Below are positions 30,261 to 39,501 of a DNA stretch of 64,000 bases, one piece after another (the stretch's first letter is position 1; each line of letters starts with the position of its first letter). The notes under the pieces are model-generated. The model ran no database searches. It was not told where the DNA came from and saw only the letters and a list, made by a program, of their open reading frames with translations. The translations under genes were made by a program, and so were the position numbers. This DNA comes from a gamma proteobacterium SCGC AAA007-O20 (GTDB lineage: Bacteria > Pseudomonadota > Gammaproteobacteria > PS1 > Pseudothioglobaceae), in the NCBI GenBank assembly GCA_000213395.2, contig AFHY01000001.1, forward strand, positions 22,227 to 86,226, read 5' to 3'.

Positions 30261-32057
30261 ATGTTTAATGATTTTTCGGATACCTTATCACTTACGATTG
30301 CTAAGAAAATTTTGGGTGGCTTTGAGCAACACTATCGAAACATTAAAAAAGCCTCTATAGAGGCAAAAAGATGCTTTGAAGAAAGGGAATGGGTAAAAAT
30401 TGAAAAAGATTCAATGCGTAGACTTAATTTCTATGACAAACAAGTTAACACCTTCTGCAAAAAACTATCTATTGATCTAAATCTAAAAAAACAAAGTGTT
30501 TATGGTGCTAAGGCTACATTAAATCAGCAAACATATTTGGATAAATTTAATGCTGAATTTTGGAAAAGAACTAAACTTGCCTACATTGAACTGATTACAC
30601 TACATAAACAACCAGAATTAGCAGAAACCTTTTACAACTCAGTGTTTTGTCGCTTGTTTTCTAGAAGCTATTATACCAATCAATATATTTTTACCAAGCC
30701 CTGCGTCTCGCTTAGCTATATTGATATGGATGATCCTGTTATTGAAAGCTTCATTGTTGAGCAAGGGCAACTCAAAGACAAATTTACTCTAATCCTCAAA
30801 AGTTTTTCTTTTAATTGCAAGTTCGGCAACCTTGACCAAGATATCGAGCGCTTACAGGAACAACTCTACAAACAAATCGCTCGATTAAAAACTCAAACCT
30901 TCGAAATTCAAGTAATAAAAACCCCTTTTATTAGAGGCAAAGGTGCATATATTGTTGGCAAAATTATTTCCCAACTATACCCCGACCAACCACTTTTAAT
31001 CGCCCTACTAAATGACACAAAGAGTGGACTATATGTTGACAGTTTGCTCACTGATACCGGAAGTATTGCAGTTGTATTTAGCTTTTCTAGGTCATACTTC
31101 TTTATTACTACTGATTACCCTGCAGCAATAGTTGATTATTTAAAAGTACTGATGCCAGCAAAAACAAGAGCGGTTCTATATAGCGCCATTGGTCTTCATA
31201 AGCAAGGTAAGACTTTGCTCTATAGACACTTTTTAAAATATTCAAAAATTACCAGTGAGAAGCTAATAATAGCTCCTGGAATCAAAGGTATGGTGATGAC
31301 AGTCTTCACCTTCCCGATGTACCCTTATGTTTTTAAAGTAATCAATGACAAATTTGCACCACCAAAAATGGGTACAAAAGAAATGGTTAAAGAGAGATAT
31401 TATTTTGTCAAAAATCACGTTCGAGTTGGGAGACTTGCAGATACATGGGAGTTTTCCAATGTAGCCTTTCCAATGAAGTATGTCGATGACTCTTTGCTTG
31501 AAGAGTTGAAGAATAAAGCTGGATCAAATTTAGAGTTTGAGGATGATCTGTTGATTGTCAAACATATGTATATAGAAAACAAAATGACTCCACTTAACAT
31601 CTACCTTGAAACAGCTAATAAAAACCAACAAACCCATATCATTAATGACTACGGTAAAGCGATTGACGAGTTGATTAACTCCAACATCTTTCCTGGAGAT
31701 ATGTTGACAAAAAATTTCGGTGTTACCCGCCATGATCGTGTCGTTTTCTATGACTATGATGAAATCACTTTAATGAGTACACCGGTCTTTAAAAAAATAC
31801 CAGAATCAAAAACTTATGAAGAAGAGATGTCATCAGAGCCATGGTATTACGTTGGCCCAAATGATGTCTTTCCTGAAGAGTTCCAATATTTTATGTTGCC
31901 AAGTAAACATATGAAAGAGACATTTAATGCTCACTATCAAAAATTACTAGATGCAGAGTACTGGGGGTCGATTCAAGAAAATATTAAAAAAAATGGTGTG
32001 TTGGATTATTATCCCTATGGTTCTGAGAAAAGGATGTGTGAAATCTATGGAGAATAA
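30261..32057 (+). CDS. aceK: Isocitrate dehydrogenase kinase/phosphatase
   Basis: AETFYNSV, APGIKGMVM, FKVIND.F, NIFPGDML.KNFGVTRH.RVVFYDYDE. Confidence 0.95.
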   Translation: MFNDFSDTLSLTIAKKILGGFEQHYRNIKKASIEAKRCFEEREWVKIEKDSMRRLNFYDKQVNTFCKKLSIDLNLKKQSVYGAKATLNQQTYLDKFNAEFWKRTKLAYIELITLHKQPELAETFYNSVFCRLFSRSYYTNQYIFTKPCVSLSYIDMDDPVIESFIVEQGQLKDKFTLILKSFSFNCKFGNLDQDIERLQEQLYKQIARLKTQTFEIQVIKTPFIRGKGAYIVGKIISQLYPDQPLLIALLNDTKSGLYVDSLLTDTGSIAVVFSFSRSYFFITTDYPAAIVDYLKVLMPAKTRAVLYSAIGLHKQGKTLLYRHFLKYSKITSEKLIIAPGIKGMVMTVFTFPMYPYVFKVINDKFAPPKMGTKEMVKERYYFVKNHVRVGRLADTWEFSNVAFPMKYVDDSLLEELKNKAGSNLEFEDDLLIVKHMYIENKMTPLNIYLETANKNQQTHIINDYGKAIDELINSNIFPGDMLTKNFGVTRHDRVVFYDYDEITLMSTPVFKKIPESKTYEEEMSSEPWYYVGPNDVFPEEFQYFMLPSKHMKETFNAHYQKLLDAEYWGSIQENIKKNGVLDYYPYGSEKRMCEIYGE

Positions 32058-32058
32058 A

Positions 32059-32535
32059 ATGAATGAAACAACCTGTGATATCTCAGATAAGCTACATCCT
32101 GAAGTACAGTATTTAGAGCCAGTATACAAAATTTATGGCGCAAAAACTTCATTCTCAGGCCGTATTGTTACTGTTAAGTGCTATGAAGACAATTCACTTG
32201 TTGAACAAGCCTTAAGTGGTAATGGGAAGGAATCAGTATTGGTAATTGATGCAGGTGGCTCAATGAATTGTGCAATGTTGGGGGATAAAAGAGCAGCTGA
32301 CGCAATCAATAATGAATGGGAAGGTATTATAGTTCATGGATTGATTAGAGACTCTGTAGCAATCAATGGGATGGAGCTCGGTATTCGTGCACTTGGAGTT
32401 TACCCACTTAAAAGCATTAAAAATGGGGTTGGTGATAGCAACTTAATTGTTAACTTTTCAGGAGTTACATTTACTCCAGGTGAGTATTTATATGCCGATG
32501 AGGATGGCGTTATTGTAGTGAAGGAGAAATTATGA
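32059..32535 (+). CDS. rraA: RraA family protein (RNase E regulator / HMG aldolase-like)
   Basis: TVKCYEDNS, VLVIDAGGS..CAMLGD, YADEDGV; start moved to ATG 32059 after GGAG. Confidence 0.88.
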   Translation: MNETTCDISDKLHPEVQYLEPVYKIYGAKTSFSGRIVTVKCYEDNSLVEQALSGNGKESVLVIDAGGSMNCAMLGDKRAADAINNEWEGIIVHGLIRDSVAINGMELGIRALGVYPLKSIKNGVGDSNLIVNFSGVTFTPGEYLYADEDGVIVVKEKL

Positions 32536-32945
32536 AACAAGTACTAAAGCTTACGCTTGAAGATGCAAAGAAAATGATGGATGGCGCCATTAATAAAGCT
32601 ATCGAGATAGGTGTAGATATGGATATCGCTATTGTGGATGATGGTGGTCACCTTATGTTATTTACAAGAATGGATAATGCAAGAATTACAAGCATTAATA
32701 TCTCCATCGATAAGGCTTTTACTGCGGCGGCAGCTAGAAAAGCAACCTTAGATTATGGAAACGCTGTTCGTAATCACGGCCCAGCCTTTGGTATCCAAAC
32801 TTCACATCAAGGTCGTTTTTGTGTCGTTGGTGGTGGTTTACCGCTTTTTGTCGATAGTCAGATTGTTGGTGGGATTGGTTGTAGTTCTGGCACTCCAGAC
32901 CAAGATATAGTGGTTGCTCAAGCGGGACTTGACGCATGTCTTTAG
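32532..32945 (+). CDS. GlcG/HbpS family heme-binding protein
   Basis: IAIVDDGGHL..F.RMD.A, KAFTAA, GGLP...GGIGCS.GT..QD. Confidence 0.88.
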   Translation: MKQVLKLTLEDAKKMMDGAINKAIEIGVDMDIAIVDDGGHLMLFTRMDNARITSINISIDKAFTAAAARKATLDYGNAVRNHGPAFGIQTSHQGRFCVVGGGLPLFVDSQIVGGIGCSSGTPDQDIVVAQAGLDACL

Positions 32946-32971
32946 GTTAAATAAATAAAGTCAATCTTGGT

Positions 32972-33508
32972 CTAGCCTTTGAATGCGCTATCAGAAAGTA
33001 AGTATTCAACTTCATCTGTACTACTCTTTCTTCCCAAAATATCATTTCTATGTGGGAAACGACCAAACCTATTTACGATATTCCTATGATGCTTGGAATA
33101 TTCATCGTTGAAATCATATTTCTCAAAAAGTTTAACCTGTATGTTTTGATGTTCAATATTTTCACTGTGCATTAAAGGCATAAAGAGAAAAAGTAATTCA
33201 TCAGTATTCAAAATTTCATCGTAACTTTTTTTAATAGCTTTTAAAGCCACTTCAACAGCCATCTCCTCGGTTTGAAAGCTTTTCGCTGTACCTCTAAACA
33301 TATTTAAAGGAAACTGATCTAAGACAATAATCAACGCTAAACAACCTTGCGGTGAATCTTGCCAACCATTAAGTTCTCCAGATGCAGCCCTTATCCAGAT
33401 CTGCTCATAACGCTGCTTTATTTCATTATCTATTTCAGGGGTCGAGAAAAACCAATGCTGTCTACTTTTTTCAGAAAACCAATATTTAATAACATCAGAA
33501 TGATTCAT
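32972..33508 (-). CDS. DUF924 family protein
   Basis: LALIIVLDQFP.NMFR, MPLMHSE, RFGRFPHRN.ILGR.ST. Confidence 0.9.
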   Translation of the reverse strand: MNHSDVIKYWFSEKSRQHWFFSTPEIDNEIKQRYEQIWIRAASGELNGWQDSPQGCLALIIVLDQFPLNMFRGTAKSFQTEEMAVEVALKAIKKSYDEILNTDELLFLFMPLMHSENIEHQNIQVKLFEKYDFNDEYSKHHRNIVNRFGRFPHRNDILGRKSSTDEVEYLLSDSAFKG

Positions 33509-33531
33509 AGTTATTGATGAAATTTGTTACA

Positions 33532-33551
33532 TGGGCAGGAAAACCTGCCCA
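33532..33551 (-). terminator. Hairpin downstream of xsc
   Basis: TGGGCAGG-AAAA-CCTGCCCA. Confidence 0.6.
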
Positions 33552-33571
33552 CCAATAAAAATAGTTAAAGT

Positions 33572-35344
33572 TTAACGATGCTTCGTATCGCTACCGTAGT
33601 TTTTATATTTAGCCAAATGACGGACTGGCTTACTCAATGCATCCTTTCTAAAAGGGTCCCCAAGTTCACGAGTACACATGATTTCTATAATTGTTGTCTT
33701 TCTTTCATTCATTTGCATATCAATGGCTTTTTTCAATGCCGGACCAACATCCTCAAGTTTATCAACACGAATACCTTCAGCACCCATTGACTTTGCAATA
33801 TCAACAAAGTTTTGATCCGTAAGTTCAGCAGCAACGAAGCGTCTGTCATAGAAGTCTACTTGGTTCTTCTTTTCTGCACCCCAATCGCGGTTATGGAACA
33901 CAACTGCTGTGACAGGGATATCATGGCGAACACATGTCATTGTCTCAACCATACTCATCGCCCAGGCACCGTCACCCGCATAAGAGACAGCAGGTCTATG
34001 TTGTGCGGCAGCTTTTGCCCCAACTATTGTTGGGAAGGCATATCCACAATTACCCCAGCTCATTGCTGCAAAGAAGCTACGAGGTTTCTCAAAACGAAGA
34101 TAACTATTTGCAACAGAATTAATATTACCAATATCTGTTGATACCATAACGTCCTCAGGCATTGCTTTTTCCAGTTCACGCAAAACTTGTCTAGGATGAA
34201 GCCAACCCTCTTTATTATTAGCAATCATGTCCATGCTATATGAGTCAGTTTCATGAATCCATTCATCCAGCTCTAGCTCCCATACTGCTTTTTCGTCAGC
34301 AATCTTTTGCGCTCTTTCTTCTGTTGTAGAATCACAGGAAAGTTTTTCAGAAGCTAATTTTTCGCAAAGCGCTTCAGCCACAGCTTTGGCATCACCACAA
34401 ATACCTACGGTAATTGGCTTAACTAATCCAAGCATCTTATGATCTGCATCTATTTGGATGATTTTAGCGTCTTTTGGCCAATAATCCATTCCATGCTGAG
34501 GTAACGTTCCAAACGGCCCTAAACGAGTTCCTAGGGCAATTACAAGGTCTGCTTGTGAAATCAGCTTCATGCCTGCTTTCGAGCCTTGATATCCTAGCGG
34601 TCCACACCAAAGGTCATGACTTGCAGGAAAAGAGTCGTTATGGAGATAGCTATTCACAACTGGAGCGCCTAAACGCTCAGCTAATACTATACATTCTTGA
34701 ACACCATCGGCCATCACTACACCACCACCAGAAACAATTACAGGAAATTCGGATTTAGCGATTAAAGCTACGGCTTCATTTAAAGTCTCTTCACCACCAG
34801 TGCCTCGATCAATTCTTCGAGGCTCGGGGATTATAAATTCACCCTCTGCATAAAAATAATCTCTCGGTATGTTGAGTTGAGTAGGCGCCATTTCACTCAT
34901 TGCTCTATCAAAACAACGGCCAGTAAATTCGGCCATCCTCATTGGATTGACGACATGACCTTGATATTTAGTAAATTCTTGAAACATTGGCAGCTGATTG
35001 GTTTCTTGAAATCCACCTAAACCAATACCACCAGTACCTGCCTCTGGGGTAACAATTACCACTGGACTGTGAGCCCAATAAGCTGCAGCAATTGCAGTCA
35101 CACAGTTTGAAATACCTGGACCGTTTTGACCAATACAAACACCATGCTTTCCACTCACTCTGGAATATCCATCAGCCATATGGGCAGCACCCTGTTCATG
35201 AACCACTGGAACTAATCTTATGCCTGCAGGTTCAAAAATATCCATAGCATCCATGAATGCCGAACCCATAATGCCGAAGATATCCTTAACACCATTTGCA
35301 ACCATTGTTTCAACAAAGGCTTCACTTGCAGTCATTTTCGCCAT
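33572..35344 (-). CDS. xsc: Sulfoacetaldehyde acetyltransferase (ThDP-dependent)
   Basis: MTASEAFVE, FGIMGSAFMD, GPLGYQGSKA, GDGAW, WGAEKKNQ, ELGDPFR. Confidence 0.95.
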   Translation of the reverse strand: MAKMTASEAFVETMVANGVKDIFGIMGSAFMDAMDIFEPAGIRLVPVVHEQGAAHMADGYSRVSGKHGVCIGQNGPGISNCVTAIAAAYWAHSPVVIVTPEAGTGGIGLGGFQETNQLPMFQEFTKYQGHVVNPMRMAEFTGRCFDRAMSEMAPTQLNIPRDYFYAEGEFIIPEPRRIDRGTGGEETLNEAVALIAKSEFPVIVSGGGVVMADGVQECIVLAERLGAPVVNSYLHNDSFPASHDLWCGPLGYQGSKAGMKLISQADLVIALGTRLGPFGTLPQHGMDYWPKDAKIIQIDADHKMLGLVKPITVGICGDAKAVAEALCEKLASEKLSCDSTTEERAQKIADEKAVWELELDEWIHETDSYSMDMIANNKEGWLHPRQVLRELEKAMPEDVMVSTDIGNINSVANSYLRFEKPRSFFAAMSWGNCGYAFPTIVGAKAAAQHRPAVSYAGDGAWAMSMVETMTCVRHDIPVTAVVFHNRDWGAEKKNQVDFYDRRFVAAELTDQNFVDIAKSMGAEGIRVDKLEDVGPALKKAIDMQMNERKTTIIEIMCTRELGDPFRKDALSKPVRHLAKYKNYGSDTKHR

Positions 35345-35364
35345 TCTTACTTCTCCTATTAATA

Positions 35365-36483
35365 TTAATTTTTTAGCGCATCAAGCGCTGAAACGTATTC
35401 ATAACCCAAATCTTCAGCTACTTCAAGACATGTTACCTTGCCTTTATGAACATTTAAACCGGCTCTAAGATGTTCATCATCAAGTAATGCCTGCTTAACC
35501 CCTTTATTGGCAATGGCAATTGCGAATGGGAGAGTTACATTATTAAGCGCAAATGTTGACGTTTTAGGAACACCGCCAGGCATATTGGCTACACAATAAT
35601 GAACAACATCATCCACCACATATGTAGGATCTGCATGCGTTGTTGCTTTAGAGGTTTCAAAGCAACCACCCTGGTCTATTGCGACATCAACAACAACTGA
35701 ACCGGGCTTCATTGCCTTAATCATCTCTTTTGTAACTAGTTTTGGTGCTTCAGCACCAGGTATTAAAACTCCTCCAATAACTAAATCAGCTTTTAGTACA
35801 TATTGTTCAACTGTACTTTGAGTTGAAAAAACGGTATTTGTACTGCGACCAAATTGTTGCCAATGTTTCTCTAAAGTGTCAGGATTATTGTCAAGCACCC
35901 AAACATCAGCCCCCATTCCTACTGCCATATGAGCGGCATGTGCACCTACAACACCTCCCCCTAAAATAACAACTTTTAATGGGTTAACACCAGGCACACC
36001 ACCAAGCAACGCTCCCATGCCGCCATTTGGGTGTTCTAAAAAGTGCGCACCTGCCTGAACAGCCATTCTCCCGGCAACTTTTGACATTGGTGCTAATAAT
36101 GGCAAACCGCCTCGAGGAGACGTTACCGTCTCGTAAGCAATGCATGTAGCACCACTTTTAACTAAATCTTTTGTCTGCTCAGGGTCTGGAGCGAGATGAA
36201 GATAGGTATAAAGTATTTGACCCTCTCTCAGTATAGCGCGTTCATTTGCTTGAGGCTCTTTAACCTTGACGATCATTTCTGCAGTTGCAAAAATCTCTTC
36301 AGCAGTCGCTATAATTTCGGCACCATTATCAATGTAATCACCATCACTTGCGCCAATTCCTTTACCAGCATTACTTTGAACCATCACTTTGTGACCGTTT
36401 CTAACACATTCCTTAACACTTCTCGGTGTTAGGCCAACTCTATATTCGTGGTTTTTAATTTCTTTTGGTACACCAATAATCAT
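35365..36483 (-). CDS. ald: Alanine dehydrogenase
   Basis: [43 protein letters not shown]. Confidence 0.97.
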   Translation of the reverse strand: MIIGVPKEIKNHEYRVGLTPRSVKECVRNGHKVMVQSNAGKGIGASDGDYIDNGAEIIATAEEIFATAEMIVKVKEPQANERAILREGQILYTYLHLAPDPEQTKDLVKSGATCIAYETVTSPRGGLPLLAPMSKVAGRMAVQAGAHFLEHPNGGMGALLGGVPGVNPLKVVILGGGVVGAHAAHMAVGMGADVWVLDNNPDTLEKHWQQFGRSTNTVFSTQSTVEQYVLKADLVIGGVLIPGAEAPKLVTKEMIKAMKPGSVVVDVAIDQGGCFETSKATTHADPTYVVDDVVHYCVANMPGGVPKTSTFALNNVTLPFAIAIANKGVKQALLDDEHLRAGLNVHKGKVTCLEVAEDLGYEYVSALDALKN

Positions 36484-36513
36484 ATCAAATATCCTGTTTA
36501 TATATATTAACTA

Positions 36514-37872
36514 TTAATTAACTTCAAGGGCGTTATCAACCGCCTCAACAATAAGGTCAACTTCATTCTTAGTACATATAAATGCGGGACTAAATAGTAA
36601 TACATTATTGTTGTGTTCAAAACATCTATTAGTTCTTCCAATCATTACTTTATTTTTTAAGCAATGACCAACGATTGACATTGCAACTGTTTCATCTACT
36701 GGCTCTCTAGTTTGTCTATCTTTAACAAGCTCTACGCCACAAAACAAACCCTTTCCGCGAACTTCACCAATTATTTGATGTTTTTCTTCAAGTTCATGCA
36801 ACTTACTTTTTAAATAATTACCAACAGTATTAACATTTTCAAGAAGTTTATCTCTTTTAATAATATTTAAAGTTTCCAAAGCTGCCGCTGGACCAGCCGT
36901 ACATCCTCCAAATGTAGATATATCTCTGAAATAGCTGTCAGGATTACTCGAATCCTCTTTAAACGCTTCAAAAACTTTATCAGTAGTAACTGTTACTGAT
37001 ATCGCTGCATAACCGGCTGCCAGACCTTTAGCTGTAGTTACAATATCGGGTTGCACATCATAATTTTGATAGCCAAACCATTTTCCAGTCCTTCCAAGAC
37101 CACAAACCACTTCGTCAATATGAAGCAACACATCATACTTTCTACAGATTGATTCAATGATTGGGAAATACTCTGGCACTGGAGTAATAACTCCACCACC
37201 CGCAGTTATTGACTCTAAAACCACAGACCCAACATTATCTGCACCCTCTTTTTTAATAACATCTTCAAGAGCATGAGCACACTCGATGTTGCATTCACCA
37301 TATTTTTTGCCAAACGGGCAGCGATAACAACAACAATTTGGCATCTCAACAAAACCAGGCGCAAATGGTCCGTATTGCTTTGTTCTTTGAATTTGACCAG
37401 AAGAGCTCATTGCTCCAATGGTTGTTCCATGGTAGTCCCGGTCACGATATATAATTTTGTGTTTTTTTCCTTCATTTTGAAAATGGGCAATTTGTCGTAC
37501 CATTTTGTAGCCTTTTTCATTAGCTTCAGAACCTGAATTTGAATAATAAACACGATCTAAACCAGGCATTATTGAGGTTAGCTCTTTTGCATATTTAGCA
37601 GCTGGCTCATTACCAACAGAACCTGCAAAGTAAGGAATTTTTGACAACTGATTGCTGATAGTGTCTACCATTTCATCCCTTCCATAGCCAAGGTTAACTG
37701 TCCATACTCCGCCAGAAGTTGCATCTAGATATTCATCACCTTTGGTATCAGTAACATACATTCCTTTCCCTTTTGAAACTACAAGAGGGTCACTCGATTC
37801 AAAAGCTTTATGCTGCGTTAAATGATGCCAAACATGTTTCTTATCATTTTGTATAATTGTGCTTTCAGACAT
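36514..37872 (-). CDS. tpa: Taurine-pyruvate aminotransferase (class III)
   Basis: WHHLTQH, SGGVWTVN.GYGR, DEVVCGLGRTG, AKG, YFRDISTFGGC; next to ald, xsc and tauR. Confidence 0.9.
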   Translation of the reverse strand: MSESTIIQNDKKHVWHHLTQHKAFESSDPLVVSKGKGMYVTDTKGDEYLDATSGGVWTVNLGYGRDEMVDTISNQLSKIPYFAGSVGNEPAAKYAKELTSIMPGLDRVYYSNSGSEANEKGYKMVRQIAHFQNEGKKHKIIYRDRDYHGTTIGAMSSSGQIQRTKQYGPFAPGFVEMPNCCCYRCPFGKKYGECNIECAHALEDVIKKEGADNVGSVVLESITAGGGVITPVPEYFPIIESICRKYDVLLHIDEVVCGLGRTGKWFGYQNYDVQPDIVTTAKGLAAGYAAISVTVTTDKVFEAFKEDSSNPDSYFRDISTFGGCTAGPAAALETLNIIKRDKLLENVNTVGNYLKSKLHELEEKHQIIGEVRGKGLFCGVELVKDRQTREPVDETVAMSIVGHCLKNKVMIGRTNRCFEHNNNVLLFSPAFICTKNEVDLIVEAVDNALEVN

Positions 37873-37946
37873 AATAATCCTTTATATTAAATTTACTTTA
37901 ATTCAGAATATTGAATTGTAAAATATAAGTGCTCTAGAATAAGGAT

Positions 37947-37984
37947 ATATATAGAACCAACAAACTTGCAATTAATAGACCAGA
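37947..37984 (-). promoter_or_regulatory. Putative TauR binding site (tpa/tauR)
   Basis: ATATATAGAACCA-N10-AATTAATAGACCAGA (plus strand), near-identical to 45391-45428. Confidence 0.75.
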
Positions 37985-37987
37985 CTT

Positions 37988-39460
37988 ATGAACGAAATGT
38001 GGAATCAGTTTTTCTCTTTGAGGCATGATAAGCCAAGGACTCTGCAACTTCAAATTCGTCAACAATTAATAGATGCTATTACAAATGGCTTAATAGGACC
38101 GAATGAATCCTTACCCTCTTCGAGAAACCTAGCTGCATCCCTAAAAGTTGCTAGAAACACTGTTATAGCGGCATATAAAGAGTTAGAGTTTGATGGCTAT
38201 ATTACTGCTCAGAAGAGGAAGGGTTATTTTGTAAACGATAAAATTTATGAAAATTATTCTGATACTAAAGAAGTTCCATCAGTAACTCAGAAATCACCAC
38301 AATGGCTTGACCAATTAATTACAAAAAAACCATCATTTAAAACCAATATTCAAAAATCAGAAGATTGGCAAAGATTACCTTATTCTTTTACTGTAGGTCA
38401 GCTTGACAATAGCCTAATTCCTTTTTATGAATGGCGAGAGGTGGTAAGGCATACCTCGACCGTTCCAGAGATTAAAAAGTGGAATATTGACCATGTTGAT
38501 AGTGACGACCCATCTCTAATTCAACAAATTCAATCCAAAGTACTACCAAAGCGTGGAATTTGGGCCAATAAAAATCAAATTTTAATAACTTCAGGTAGTC
38601 AGAATGCCATTTATATTCTGGCAAGCCTTCTGGTTAAAGAAAAAACAGTTGTTGGTATCGAAAACCCTGGATATCCAGATGTTAGGAATATTTTTAGCTT
38701 TAGAACCGATAATATTATTCCAATTTCTGTAGACCACGAAGGCATCATGATTGATGAGATCAAACCTCATATCGATATGCTCTACACCACACCGAGTCAC
38801 CAATACCCTACCGGCGTGACAATGAGTATGGAGCGAAGAAAACAGTTGTTAGAAAGTGCACAACAAAATAACATTGTCATCATAGAGGATGATTATGAGG
38901 CCGAGATTAATTTTCAAAAAAAACCCCATCCTTCTTTAAAAAGTTTAGATGACCATAATAATGTTATTTATTGTGGTAGTTTTTCGAAAGCTTTTGCGCC
39001 CGGCCTTCGTCTAGGTTATATGGTTGCACCAGAGAGCTTTATTAAAGAAGCAAGAGCCTTAAGACGTTTGATGTTGAGACATATACCTGCAAACAATCAA
39101 CGCTCAGTTGCATTGTTTATTGGACTGGGCCATTACCACAATATGTTTACCAAAATACAAAGAACCAATAAAGAGCGATGGGATTTAATTAATGAAAAAA
39201 TTAAAGAAGAGCCTTTGTTGTCATGCGCTCCGACGGTTGGAGGATCAACATTTTGGATAAAAATACCAGAATCTATTAATAGTGCAAAACTTTGTCAAGA
39301 ATTACTCAAAAAAGGGGTTGTCCTGAGACCAGGAGACGCGTCTTTCTTTGATCAAGACTCACCAAAAAACTATTTACATCTTGGTTATTCTGCAATTGAT
39401 ACCAATAAGATCAATATCGGTATGGATATTATCATAAAACAAATTAAAAAAATGATATAA
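37988..39460 (+). CDS. tauR: MocR/GntR PLP-dependent regulator of taurine utilisation
   Basis: LPSSRNLA..LKVARNTV HTH; TPSHQYPTG, IIEDDY, SFSK.FAPGLRLG; divergent from tpa. Confidence 0.85.
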   Translation: MNEMWNQFFSLRHDKPRTLQLQIRQQLIDAITNGLIGPNESLPSSRNLAASLKVARNTVIAAYKELEFDGYITAQKRKGYFVNDKIYENYSDTKEVPSVTQKSPQWLDQLITKKPSFKTNIQKSEDWQRLPYSFTVGQLDNSLIPFYEWREVVRHTSTVPEIKKWNIDHVDSDDPSLIQQIQSKVLPKRGIWANKNQILITSGSQNAIYILASLLVKEKTVVGIENPGYPDVRNIFSFRTDNIIPISVDHEGIMIDEIKPHIDMLYTTPSHQYPTGVTMSMERRKQLLESAQQNNIVIIEDDYEAEINFQKKPHPSLKSLDDHNNVIYCGSFSKAFAPGLRLGYMVAPESFIKEARALRRLMLRHIPANNQRSVALFIGLGHYHNMFTKIQRTNKERWDLINEKIKEEPLLSCAPTVGGSTFWIKIPESINSAKLCQELLKKGVVLRPGDASFFDQDSPKNYLHLGYSAIDTNKINIGMDIIIKQIKKMI

Positions 39461-39501
39461 AAAAACTCTTAATCCTCCAGATGTAAGTGATTTGCAGTTT
39501 A

